DNA of 64,000 nucleotides from a virus (IMGVR_UViG_3300002092_001784:64001-128000); one strand, 5' to 3'; positions 48,230-57,031 are shown, numbered from the stretch's first letter. Notes: generated from the letters alone by a model not told the origin. Numbers and translations: made by a program.

Positions 48230-48589
48230 ATGGAAAAACTAACATATAAAACCGATGGGGACATGAGTGAATACTTCGAAAGATTATCCGATATAATCAA
48301 AAAAGGGAAAACACAGGAAGAAGTGGTATCAATGATTCTTAATGTGGTAAACGCCAAGAAAAAGTTGGTGAAGTATAAAGGTGGCAAATGTGAATTATGC
48401 GGATACAATCGAAGTATAAATGCATTACATTTTCATACTCGTAACAAAGATGGTAAAGATTATATCATAAGTGGCAAAACTTTATCAATGGATACTCTTA
48501 AAAAGGATGTGGATAAATATGTATTGGTTTGTTCAAATTGCAGAGTAGAAATAAATGAAGGAATTGTTGATATTAGTTTGGAAAGTTGA
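48230..48589 (+). CDS. Degenerate HNH-like protein
   Basis: KGGKCELCGY...ALHFH...VCSNC. Confidence 0.65.
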   Translation: MEKLTYKTDGDMSEYFERLSDIIKKGKTQEEVVSMILNVVNAKKKLVKYKGGKCELCGYNRSINALHFHTRNKDGKDYIISGKTLSMDTLKKDVDKYVLVCSNCRVEINEGIVDISLES

Positions 48590-48608
48590 AATATTTTTCG
48601 TATCTTTG
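48577..48608 (+). promoter_or_regulatory. Bacteroidota promoter upstream of tRNA-Thr
   Basis: TTTG-N20-TATCTTTG. Confidence 0.75.
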
Positions 48609-48623
48609 TAAAATTAAATAAAC

Positions 48624-48708
48624 GCCTCTATCGTATAGTGGTCGATTACAGCTGATTTGTAATCAGCATTTCGAAAGAAACTCGTCGGTTCGAATCCGGC
48701 TAGGGGCT
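48624..48708 (+). tRNA. tRNA-Thr(TGT) with long variable arm
   Basis: GCTGA-TTTGTAA-TCAGC; extra arm TTTC-GAAA-GAAA. Confidence 0.85.
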
Positions 48709-48784
48709 CGGGGTAACTCATATTGAGAACCCGTTCCGATAACATACCCAGAGTGGTTACTTAAACGAAGTGTTATCAAATATT

Positions 48785-48860
48785 GCGAATGTAGCTCAAT
48801 TGGTAGAGTACGGCGTTGCCAACGCTGAGGTTGTGAGATCGTAGCTCATCATTCGCTCCA
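48785..48860 (+). tRNA. tRNA-Gly(GCC)
   Basis: CGGCG-TTGCCAA-CGCTG; CCA encoded. Confidence 0.92.
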
Positions 48861-48973
48861 TAAGGGTTTCCCGCTTTAAGGTGAAGGACACGCGGGCGGA
48901 GACGTTCAGAATTAGTCATTAAACAATTCAAAACCTTAAGTCTATGATGGGAGGGCCCTACCCATTAAATTTT

Positions 48974-49046
48974 GCGGAAGTAGCTCAATTGGTAGAGCGC
49001 CTGCCTTCCAAGCAGGGGGTTGAGGTATCGTACACCTTCTTCCGCT
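48974..49046 (+). tRNA. tRNA-Gly(TCC)
   Basis: CCTGC-CTTCCAA-GCAGG. Confidence 0.92.
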
Positions 49047-49102
49047 CCGGTCACTTTTTTGTAAGTTAGAGATGAAAGTTCGATTTTATTATATTTATAT
49101 GT

Positions 49103-49789
49103 ATGAAACGATGCAAAAAATGTAATATAGAATTTGAACCTCAACGAGGATTGTTGAATTATTGCTCATTAGCATGTAGGAACAGTAGAAATTGGACGGT
49201 TGCTGATAAATTAAAAAAATCAATTAGTGCTAAAAATAGTGCTAAAGTTATTGAATCAAACTCTAAATTATCTGATAAATTAAAAGAATATTGGTCGGAT
49301 GAAACTAAAAGATTGGCTCAATCATATCGTATAAAAAATATATGGACTGATGAAATGAGAAAAATTTATTCATCCAATCGAATGGGAGTTAAGCATTCAG
49401 CAGAAACAATAGAAAAAATAAGAACTATTCAAAAACAAAGATTAAAGGATAACCCAATGCTGCATCCTAATAGATTATGTGCTGGTATTAATGAAAGTTA
49501 TCCCGAAAGAATGATTAGGGAATATTTTGAAAATATTGGATATGTAAATGGTATTGATTTTATTCAGCAATTTGAATATAAAGGTTATTATGTAGATTTT
49601 TATATACCAAAAACTAATATTTGTATAGAAGTTGATGGTGAATATTGGCATGATAGTTCAAATCAAAAAGAAATTGATAGAGAAAATGAAATAAAGAAAA
49701 CATATAAATTATATAGATTATCCGCAAAACAAGTATTGAAAAAAGAATACGAAGATTTATTAAAAAATATATTTTCAGAATTGAATTAA
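49103..49789 (+). mobile_element. Free-standing homing-type endonuclease (Zn finger, NUMOD3-like, DUF559/Vsr-like)
   Basis: CKKC...CSLAC, KHSAETIEKI and YYVDFY...IEVDGEYWH; inserted between tRNA genes. Confidence 0.7.
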
Positions 49790-49886
49790 TATAAAAACTC
49801 AAGTACCCGTACAGCTAGAGTAGGGTTAAATTAGATACGATTTCTCAGTTTCAATAACACGCTGGAAGTAGAATGCTTGAGAATAT

Positions 49887-49957
49887 TGCCCGATGGTGTA
49901 ACGGTAGCACCCATCACTTTGACTGATGTAGTTTAGGTTCGAATCCTAATCGGGCGA
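49887..49957 (+). tRNA. tRNA-Gln(TTG)
   Basis: CATCA-CTTTGAC-TGATG. Confidence 0.92.
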
Positions 49958-49970
49958 CTAAAATAGTTTT

Positions 49971-50528
49971 ATGAAAAATTGGAAGAAAATATTAATAATC
50001 ATTGCGGCAATTGGATTAGCTGCATTTGTAATTTGGAAAATAGTAACATATACAGAACCGGAGTTTCACCCAGAGCCGTTTCCAATCAATAATACAGTTG
50101 CCAATCTAACAGGTGGTAAGACTTATTTGGATACAATAGTTCATCTGGCATTAAACGCATTGGATTTTAAGGGATTGGTTGTTGTTATTCAACCATTAAC
50201 ACCTGCAATGCAGTCCGCATTTTCTCAAACATTGGAACTTAAAGCTCAGATTAAACCGGATAGTGATAGTACACTGTTTCATTTGTATATTGGTGATTTA
50301 AGTAAATCGGAAGCAATTGGGGTAGTATCGCATGAAATGATACATTTGAAACAATATTATCTAAAGGAATTAGTAGTTAAAAACGATACTGCTTATTGGC
50401 AAGAATATCCAATACCTATTACATCTGTGGAATACGAAGCAAGGCCGTGGGAAACTCAAGCTTTTAATTTGAGTAAAGATTTAGAATGGATATTAAAACA
50501 TAAACTGTATAATTTATACACAAAATAA
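49971..50528 (+). CDS. Membrane-anchored HExxH metallopeptidase-like protein
   Basis: N-terminal TM helix; SHEMIHL..Q and PWETQA motifs. Confidence 0.7.
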   Translation: MKNWKKILIIIAAIGLAAFVIWKIVTYTEPEFHPEPFPINNTVANLTGGKTYLDTIVHLALNALDFKGLVVVIQPLTPAMQSAFSQTLELKAQIKPDSDSTLFHLYIGDLSKSEAIGVVSHEMIHLKQYYLKELVVKNDTAYWQEYPIPITSVEYEARPWETQAFNLSKDLEWILKHKLYNLYTK

Positions 50529-50533
50529 CCGAT

Positions 50534-50989
50534 ATGAAATTTAGAAAAATGTTTCAATCTACCGAATTTGAAGTAGTTGATTATGTGAAGGAATATTTGG
50601 ACGAACATGAAGATATTGAAATTCTAATCGGTTGTGATTCACAAAATCGTTCATCCGAAACCGTATATGCAGTTGTAGTTGCAATGTACAGACCTGGGAA
50701 GGGAGCACATATAATTTTCCGCAAATGGAAAACACCAAAGGAATTTAACAGACCAACTCGGTTATTAAATGAGGTATGGTTTTCAGTTGAAGTTGCGGAA
50801 TTATTAAAAAATGCAGGTGTTAAGAAGCCGAAATGGATAGATATAGATATTAACCCGGACCCTCGTTATAAATCAAATGAAGTATTTCGTCAGGCTGTTG
50901 GGCTGGTGGAAGGAATGGGTTATAGCTGCAGATTCAAATCATTAGGCCCAATTACAACGTATACCGCAGATTCATTAGTAAAATCTTAA
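50534..50989 (+). CDS. RNase H-like YkuK (DUF458) protein
   Basis: IGCDSQ, RLLNEV and IDIDIN motifs. Confidence 0.8.
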   Translation: MKFRKMFQSTEFEVVDYVKEYLDEHEDIEILIGCDSQNRSSETVYAVVVAMYRPGKGAHIIFRKWKTPKEFNRPTRLLNEVWFSVEVAELLKNAGVKKPKWIDIDINPDPRYKSNEVFRQAVGLVEGMGYSCRFKSLGPITTYTADSLVKS

Positions 50990-51001
50990 AAAAACAATTA
51001 T

Positions 51002-51634
51002 ATGATTAAAGAAACACATTACAATCCAGATTGGCAAATAAATCGAATCAACTTTATACTTGAACGGTATCCAGAAGAATTTTTCAAAGGAAAACGTATT
51101 TTAGAATTAGGTTCATATAATGGTTATATTGGTGCACGGTTTGCTGAAATGGGAGCAATAGTACATTGTATAGAGGGTAGGCCCGAAAATGTTCAATACA
51201 TTAAAGATAACTATCCTAATGTTACTGTGGAATTGGCAGATTTAGATACGACTGATTGGAAATTTGGTAAATGGGATGTAATTATTAACTTTGGGTTGGT
51301 TTACCATCTACAAAATTGTCACAAAGAGCATTTGACAAACTGTATTCAAAATACCAATCTTATGTTCTTAGAATCGGTAATATATGATAGTGATGAACCG
51401 GAAATATTTACCAGACATGAAATTGGAGCTGATCAATCATTAAGTGAATTTGGGGGAACGCCATCAACTTCATATGTTGAGAATATTTTATCAGAGTATT
51501 CAATATTTTACACAAAATACGCAAATTCTGAATTGAACGGTGGTCCTCATCATTATGATTGGGTTGATGTAAATTCTAAAGTACTGGATCAATACGCTCG
51601 CAGATTTTGGATAATTAATTCCATTACTATATAA
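51002..51634 (+). CDS. Class I SAM-dependent methyltransferase
   Basis: ILELGSYNG, IEGR..N and FGLVYHL motifs. Confidence 0.82.
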   Translation: MIKETHYNPDWQINRINFILERYPEEFFKGKRILELGSYNGYIGARFAEMGAIVHCIEGRPENVQYIKDNYPNVTVELADLDTTDWKFGKWDVIINFGLVYHLQNCHKEHLTNCIQNTNLMFLESVIYDSDEPEIFTRHEIGADQSLSEFGGTPSTSYVENILSEYSIFYTKYANSELNGGPHHYDWVDVNSKVLDQYARRFWIINSITI

Positions 51635-51637
51635 CAT

Positions 51638-51711
51638 TTAACAATTATTTAACATTAAAAGCTTGGTTATTCCAAGCTTTTTTTGTATATTTGTGTATTG
51701 AGTTTTGAGAG
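51638..51711 (+). promoter_or_regulatory. Extended promoter overlapping a terminator-like hairpin
   Basis: TTAACA repeat; AAAAGCTTGG-TTATT-CCAAGCTTTT plus T run; TATATTTG; leader motif. Confidence 0.75.
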
Positions 51712-51734
51712 TGTTTAATTAAAAAAAATACATT

Positions 51735-51944
51735 ATGAGTAAATATCAAGCTAAAATAGTTAAAGCGATTAAAGCTGGAGCTAAGTTACAATGTACCGAA
51801 GGCGTAAACTACAAGACTTGGTTGGTTTATTCTGATGGTAAAAAAGAAAACGTTAGACGTGATTCAGCTAATAAAGTATGTATAGACTATGAAAGAAAAT
51901 TAGTATTCGGTGAGTGGTCTGGCATTAGATGGAGAAACATTTAA
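51735..51944 (+). CDS. Hypothetical protein
   Basis: 69 aa ORF after the promoter. Confidence 0.6.
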   Translation: MSKYQAKIVKAIKAGAKLQCTEGVNYKTWLVYSDGKKENVRRDSANKVCIDYERKLVFGEWSGIRWRNI

Positions 51945-52014
51945 CAATTTCTTAACATTAAAAATTTGGAAATACTGAATAAATGTAGTACCTTTAGGTA
52001 TTGAGTTTTGAGAG
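51941..52014 (+). promoter_or_regulatory. Extended promoter
   Basis: TTAACA repeat, TTTG-N20-TACCTTTA, leader motif. Confidence 0.75.
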
Positions 52015-52038
52015 TGTTTAATCCTAAAAAATAAAGAT

Positions 52039-52164
52039 ATGAAAACTTATTATGGTGTTGTTTCCTTAGAAAATGAGTTGGTTTCTGAGAGTGAGTATGA
52101 ATGGGAAGCAATATTGGTTCGTGAATATCACGAAGGTTCAATTGTTAAACAGTATTCAAAATAA
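52039..52164 (+). CDS. Small protein (41 aa), not in ORF track
   Basis: MKTYYGVVSLENELVSESEYEW... Confidence 0.5.
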   Translation: MKTYYGVVSLENELVSESEYEWEAILVREYHEGSIVKQYSK

Positions 52165-52170
52165 AAAGTT

Positions 52171-52404
52171 ATGAATTATATCAATTCGTTGTTGTCAAAT
52201 GTTGAGTTCGAAAGTGAAGAACAGATTTTAAGTATTAAGAAAACTCTTCAAAATCGTTATAATTGTGAAGTTCGGCCGCGTGGTAGGCATTCTAACCGAA
52301 AATTGGTTTTAGGAAATAAGTGGGTAGCTAATACTCAAAATGATATTCCTTGGAGATTGGCCGAAACTGTTTCTTTTTATAATGTTGTTAGACGTAAACG
52401 TTAA
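52171..52404 (+). CDS. Hypothetical protein
   Basis: 77 aa ORF. Confidence 0.6.
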   Translation: MNYINSLLSNVEFESEEQILSIKKTLQNRYNCEVRPRGRHSNRKLVLGNKWVANTQNDIPWRLAETVSFYNVVRRKR

Positions 52405-52415
52405 TTATTTAAGTT

Positions 52416-52682
52416 ATGGAAATTCAAAAAGTTATTGAGTGTACAAATTGTGGTAGTGGAAATACTGATGTAATTCTTGGGAACAATGCAAATGGTTCGG
52501 TTGTGGTACAATGTTGCCAATGTAAACATATTTGGAAAATAGTAGAACAAGAACCTATAACCTATACGGAGCAGGAAGTGCTGGAATTACTTGAGGCATT
52601 CAAAGTTACTTTGGAATTTGCTAAACAGTATAGAATACCTTGTGATATTAAGGTGTTGTTTGAAGGGCATAAAAAGAAATAA
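52416..52682 (+). CDS. Zinc-ribbon protein
   Basis: CTNC...CCQC. Confidence 0.6.
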   Translation: MEIQKVIECTNCGSGNTDVILGNNANGSVVVQCCQCKHIWKIVEQEPITYTEQEVLELLEAFKVTLEFAKQYRIPCDIKVLFEGHKKK

Positions 52683-52695
52683 AATACATAAACAT

Positions 52696-52770
52696 TTAAC
52701 AATTTCTTAACATTAAAAATTTGGAATATTGCAAAAAATGTGTTATCTTTGAGTATTGAGTTTTGAGAGT
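52696..52770 (+). promoter_or_regulatory. Extended promoter
   Basis: TTAACA repeat, TTTG-N20-TATCTTTG, leader motif. Confidence 0.78.
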
Positions 52771-52794
52771 GTTTAATCCTAAAAATTTTGAGTT

Positions 52795-52974
52795 ATGAAA
52801 GTTTCAGTTTCTAAAAGAACCAAGTCGATTGTAGGTAAAGAATCTTATGAATCAGTTGCCGCTAAATTCGGTTTCAAAAAGCCGGTGTATCAGAAATACA
52901 TCATCATCAATGGTGTTCCCCACAAAGCTACGGCTGAAGGTTTAGTTCCGTTAACCAAAGTTAGTTCACTTTAA
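52795..52974 (+). CDS. Small basic protein (59 aa), not in ORF track
   Basis: MKVSVSKRTKSIVGKESYES... Confidence 0.6.
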   Translation: MKVSVSKRTKSIVGKESYESVAAKFGFKKPVYQKYIIINGVPHKATAEGLVPLTKVSSL

Positions 52975-52985
52975 TCTTATCTGTT

Positions 52986-53219
52986 ATGAATGTTGTTACA
53001 AATCCTATTGTTACTATGAAATCCGATTTATCGAAAGTTATTGGAAAGGTTGTTTCGGAAGATTTTTCATCTACCGGTCGTGCTAAGTTACTTTCGGTTG
53101 GAAATAAATATGTTAGATTTGAAATGATGAAATCACCATATGGATTTGACGGTATAGAAGATGAAGGTAGGATTTACACAAGACCGATACTTTCAGCTTG
53201 GAAAACTTTCTTTCGTTAA
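52986..53219 (+). CDS. Hypothetical protein (paralog A)
   Basis: Aligns by eye with 53236-53490. Confidence 0.65.
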   Translation: MNVVTNPIVTMKSDLSKVIGKVVSEDFSSTGRAKLLSVGNKYVRFEMMKSPYGFDGIEDEGRIYTRPILSAWKTFFR

Positions 53220-53235
53220 TTTAATTCTATTTTTT

Positions 53236-53490
53236 ATGAGAAAAATTCACCCAAAACCTTATGTTTTTATTGAACGTATGAATGATTTGAAAAATGAGTT
53301 GGCTACCGTAATTGGGAAACCAGTGGCTCAAAATCAATCACCTACACTGAACGCAAAGTTGGTGAAGATTAATAAAACCACTTGTACTTTTGAAGTTACA
53401 CAATCACCATATCGAAGTGGTGATGAATCGAAAATCGGTAAACGTTATTTAGTACCGATTCAATATGCTTGGAACGCTTATTTCTTTTAA
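53236..53490 (+). CDS. Hypothetical protein (paralog B)
   Basis: VIGK.V...AKL...FE...SPY...PI..AW..FF shared with 52986. Confidence 0.65.
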   Translation: MRKIHPKPYVFIERMNDLKNELATVIGKPVAQNQSPTLNAKLVKINKTTCTFEVTQSPYRSGDESKIGKRYLVPIQYAWNAYFF

Positions 53491-53491
53491 T

Positions 53492-53698
53492 ATGAAACTA
53501 TTAAATATAATACTTTGTTTGATATTGGTTATTGGTATGAATAGCATTCTCAATTATCCAATTACATTTATGAGGCAACCGGTTGGCATTGAACCATTAA
53601 TAGCGGCTTTTGATTTGTTATTTAATCAAATCGTAATTGCATACACGGTTAGTAAGTTTTGGACATGGTTTAATTCAAACATAAAAGAAAAGGTATGA
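53492..53698 (+). CDS. Small membrane protein
   Basis: Two hydrophobic segments. Confidence 0.55.
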   Translation: MKLLNIILCLILVIGMNSILNYPITFMRQPVGIEPLIAAFDLLFNQIVIAYTVSKFWTWFNSNIKEKV

Positions 53699-53886
53699 GA
53701 TACGTTATTTTACCCATATTAGGGTTACTTTATGGTTATTGGACTGTATGCTCTATACATGATTTATTCAACCTAAAGGATGGAACGAAATGGTGGATAG
53801 GTGAAATAGCTAGAATATATTGGGTATGCCTGCACGCAGCAGTTATTGTGGTTTATTTAATCGAATTGATTGCACTTTTTTGGTAA
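53695..53886 (+). CDS. Small membrane protein
   Basis: Two hydrophobic segments. Confidence 0.55.
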   Translation: MRYVILPILGLLYGYWTVCSIHDLFNLKDGTKWWIGEIARIYWVCLHAAVIVVYLIELIALFW

Positions 53887-53906
53887 ACAATTAAAAATTA
53901 TATATT

Positions 53907-54080
53907 ATGATTTCAATAAAAGAAAGGGTGATTATTTTGATATTATCCATTGTGACTATTATGTTATTATGTATCGCATTTGGATTTAAGTTGGAGACCA
54001 GTAATGTGATTGGTATGTGTGGTGGTGCATTTGGGTATCAAATTGCAGATTACTTTATTCAAAAACGTAAAAACAAATAA
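53907..54080 (+). CDS. Small membrane protein (57 aa), not in ORF track
   Basis: MISIKERVIILILSIVTIMLLCIAFG... Confidence 0.5.
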   Translation: MISIKERVIILILSIVTIMLLCIAFGFKLETSNVIGMCGGAFGYQIADYFIQKRKNK

Positions 54081-54091
54081 AATTATACAGT

Positions 54092-54355
54092 ATGGCAACT
54101 TTTAGAGTAGATGATATAGATATATCTCCTGATGATTATATCTATGAATGTTCGGAAAACGAAATTAAGGAATTGATATCCTGTCTTAAAGAAGAAGGAC
54201 ACTTAACAAGTGATGAATATGAACCGGCGGAGTTTGAACGGATGGGTGATGGTGAACGTATGTTTGAAAAGGCTTTACACAATCTACATACTAAGTGGAA
54301 TTTATTAAGTAAAGAAGATGAAGAAACAATTTTAAGAATTAGTAAACAATTTTAA
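54092..54355 (+). CDS. Small acidic protein
   Basis: 87 aa ORF. Confidence 0.6.
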   Translation: MATFRVDDIDISPDDYIYECSENEIKELISCLKEEGHLTSDEYEPAEFERMGDGERMFEKALHNLHTKWNLLSKEDEETILRISKQF

Positions 54356-54357
54356 TT

Positions 54358-54576
54358 ATGAAAACATTTGAAACAGTTTTAGGTGGTATTGTTATTTTGG
54401 TGGGTTCGTTGTGTTTAATTGCAGCTGTGCTTGGATACCCGCTGATGTTATTGTGGAATTGGTTGATGCCAATCTTATTTAAGTTGCCGGAAATTACGTT
54501 TTGGCAGGCAGTTGGGTTGAATGTGTTATCGGGTATTTTATTTAAGTCATCATCAACATCATCAAAAAAAGAATAA
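54358..54576 (+). CDS. Small membrane protein
   Basis: LLWNWLMP.LF.LP.ITFWQA pattern common in phages. Confidence 0.65.
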   Translation: MKTFETVLGGIVILVGSLCLIAAVLGYPLMLLWNWLMPILFKLPEITFWQAVGLNVLSGILFKSSSTSSKKE

Positions 54577-54577
54577 T

Positions 54578-54841
54578 ATGAAAAAGTTATTAGTATTAGC
54601 AGTAATTGTAGCCGGTCTATTTACGGTAAGTTGTACAGAAAATATTCGGGCACGCCATTGGGGTGGAACTGAAAACATTCAGTTAGAATCAGGAAATCGT
54701 GTGGTAAATGTAACATGGAAGGAAGGAAATGTCTGGATACTTACAAAGCAAGATGCTACCACAAAACCTACCGTATATACCTTTGCGGAAAAATCGAATT
54801 GGGGAGTTATGCAAGGTAGTATCGTTATTGTTGAAAACTAA
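54578..54841 (+). CDS. Lipoprotein
   Basis: MKKLLVLAVIVAGLFTVS/C lipobox; WGG...KLV..TWK-like pattern. Confidence 0.65.
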   Translation: MKKLLVLAVIVAGLFTVSCTENIRARHWGGTENIQLESGNRVVNVTWKEGNVWILTKQDATTKPTVYTFAEKSNWGVMQGSIVIVEN

Positions 54842-54846
54842 AAGTT

Positions 54847-55020
54847 ATGTTAGATTTAACATTAGATGAGCAGATTTCCATTAACGAAATACTGATGGAA
54901 GCGGCAGCATACGGATTGAGAAACGATGTGGACATGTTGGCTATTGAATACATTGAAATGGGTGTATTTCCAACCGAAGCATATGAACTTGCGTATTGTG
55001 ATTTAACAGAGGATTATTGA
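54847..55020 (+). CDS. Small acidic protein (57 aa), not in ORF track
   Basis: MLDLTLDEQISINEILMEAAAYGLR... Confidence 0.55.
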   Translation: MLDLTLDEQISINEILMEAAAYGLRNDVDMLAIEYIEMGVFPTEAYELAYCDLTEDY

Positions 55021-55034
55021 AATTGTAAAAAAAA

Positions 55035-55301
55035 ATGATAACGAGAGAATTTCTTATAGAAGGACATGATGCATATACATTATCACCTGACGAGTTGGGG
55101 GTAAATGAAAGCGGATGGACTATAACAGGTGACGTACATGAAGATTATTATGAATGGGTGAATGAGTTTGAAGCGAGTCATCCGGTTTATGGTAGAGTTT
55201 GGGGTGATTTTGAACAAATAGTATATGCAGACAGTGATGCTGGGTATGTCCATTTTTTTGAAAATCATACTCCGCAAAGTTGGGATTATTGGGATATTTA
55301 A
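55035..55301 (+). CDS. Hypothetical acidic protein
   Basis: 88 aa ORF. Confidence 0.6.
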   Translation: MITREFLIEGHDAYTLSPDELGVNESGWTITGDVHEDYYEWVNEFEASHPVYGRVWGDFEQIVYADSDAGYVHFFENHTPQSWDYWDI

Positions 55302-55370
55302 CATTAATTTAACATTGAAAGTTTGGAAACCCCAAACTTTTTTTGTATCTTTAAGTATTGATTTGAGAGA
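55298..55370 (+). promoter_or_regulatory. Extended promoter overlapping a terminator-like hairpin
   Basis: TTAACA repeat; AAAGTTTGG-AAACC-CCAAACTTT plus T run; TATCTTTA. Confidence 0.72.
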
Positions 55371-55373
55371 GTT

Positions 55374-55739
55374 ATGAAAAGATCAGAAGTAAAAAGGCTT
55401 TCGGAAATGGTACTTGAAAAGGTTGTAGAACGTTATGGTAACAGTAAGTTCCAACCAACTACTCCGTATTTATCATTAGAAACATCACCTTATTCGGATG
55501 CTAAAGACCCAAACGCAAAGGGTGTGTTTATGTTCGATGATAATGAGATTGTGGTTTACTGGAAGAATATGGGTAGTTTGGAAGAGTTGGCAAGAACGAT
55601 TGTTCACGAATATCAACACTATTTACAATCACCACGTTGGTTTTCACGTTACTATTCGATGGGGCACACTTATGAAACACATCCGTATGAAGTTAAAGCT
55701 TACGCTGAAGAAGAAAATTGGAAATCTGTACTAAATTAA
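55374..55739 (+). CDS. Small HExxH metallopeptidase-like protein
   Basis: TIVHEYQHYLQ and HPYEVKA motifs. Confidence 0.75.
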   Translation: MKRSEVKRLSEMVLEKVVERYGNSKFQPTTPYLSLETSPYSDAKDPNAKGVFMFDDNEIVVYWKNMGSLEELARTIVHEYQHYLQSPRWFSRYYSMGHTYETHPYEVKAYAEEENWKSVLN

Positions 55740-55745
55740 AAAGTT

Positions 55746-55922
55746 ATGTGGAAAAGATTAAAATCGAAACTGTTAACGAAGTGGTTTATTGAGTGGGTTA
55801 ATGATGAATATGATTTGGAACTGTTAGCAGCAACCCGCCAATTGATTCAGAAGCAAGAACAACAAATTAAGTGGTACATTCACTTTGGTAATCGGATAGA
55901 AATTAAAGGATTTGGAAAATAA
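55746..55922 (+). CDS. Small protein (58 aa), not in ORF track
   Basis: MWKRLKSKLLTKWFIEWV... Confidence 0.5.
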   Translation: MWKRLKSKLLTKWFIEWVNDEYDLELLAATRQLIQKQEQQIKWYIHFGNRIEIKGFGK

Positions 55923-55932
55923 AAGATAATAA

Positions 55933-56166
55933 ATGCAAAGTCAATTTTTGAATGTAAATGGTGAACAGTTTCAACTAATACGAAAGTTCAATACCGGTGG
56001 TTGGTTTGATAAGGCAGTTGAAACGTTTGGTGGTGAAGAAATATGTAGGCAATATCATTGTGATAAGTTGCTAAAAGATAGTAACGGTGTTTTTTATTTA
56101 GTAAATGAAGTAACCGATGCTATGATTGTATTGCCGGTGGAAGAAAGTGAAACACAAAACGTATAA
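55933..56166 (+). CDS. Hypothetical protein
   Basis: 77 aa ORF. Confidence 0.6.
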   Translation: MQSQFLNVNGEQFQLIRKFNTGGWFDKAVETFGGEEICRQYHCDKLLKDSNGVFYLVNEVTDAMIVLPVEESETQNV

Positions 56167-56176
56167 TAGTAATAAA

Positions 56177-57031
56177 ATGAGATATACAGTAGGAATTGTA
56201 GGGTATGGGTTCGTTGGTGAATCACAGGCATATGCATTTGCTCCGATAGCAGACATAAAAGTATATGATATTGATGAAAAGAAATGCACCCATTCGTTGG
56301 AAGATGTATTAAATCAGCAGTTTGTATTTATATGTTTGCCAACTCCAATGTTGGAAAACGGAAAGCAAGATATATCATTGATTGATAATTTCTTTAAGCA
56401 AATTGAATATTACGATACGCCCGATACTATTTTTATAATAAAATCAACAGTACTACCCGGAACAACAGATGAATTACTTACTACCTATTGGAGAAAGATT
56501 GTATTTTGTCCCGAATTTTTAACTGAAAAGAACGCCAAATTGGATATGCTTACCCAACCTCGTATCATATTGGGTGGTAATCGTATATGGTTGTCGTATG
56601 TACAAGAATTGTTTGAGGCCAGATTTGGTAATAAGCATTATATCTTAACAGATAGTACATCTGCTGAAATAATAAAGTATATGTGTAACAATTTTTTATC
56701 AGTTAAGGTATCGTTTGTAAATGAATTTTATGATTTGGTAGAAACAGTTGGTGCTGATTGGGATTCTGTAATTGAAGGATTTGTATCAGACCCTCGTATT
56801 GGTAATTCGCATACACAAACTCCCGGACCCGATGGTAAGCGTGGATTTGGTGGAACTTGTTTTCCGAAAGATATAAATGGTATGATTGAATTTAGCAAAG
56901 ATATGGAAGTTGATATGGATGTATTAAAATCCACATGGAAAACAAATTTAAGAGTAAGACCTGAGCAAGATTGGAAGGAATTGGAAGGTAGAGCAGTAAC
57001 TAAAAAAATTAAAGAAGATGGGAAAAGTTAA
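56177..57031 (+). CDS. ugd: UDP-glucose 6-dehydrogenase family protein (short form)
   Basis: GYGFVG, ICLPTP, KSTV.PGT, PEFL.E and GFGGTCFPKD motifs; start moved to 56177. Confidence 0.9.
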   Translation: MRYTVGIVGYGFVGESQAYAFAPIADIKVYDIDEKKCTHSLEDVLNQQFVFICLPTPMLENGKQDISLIDNFFKQIEYYDTPDTIFIIKSTVLPGTTDELLTTYWRKIVFCPEFLTEKNAKLDMLTQPRIILGGNRIWLSYVQELFEARFGNKHYILTDSTSAEIIKYMCNNFLSVKVSFVNEFYDLVETVGADWDSVIEGFVSDPRIGNSHTQTPGPDGKRGFGGTCFPKDINGMIEFSKDMEVDMDVLKSTWKTNLRVRPEQDWKELEGRAVTKKIKEDGKS

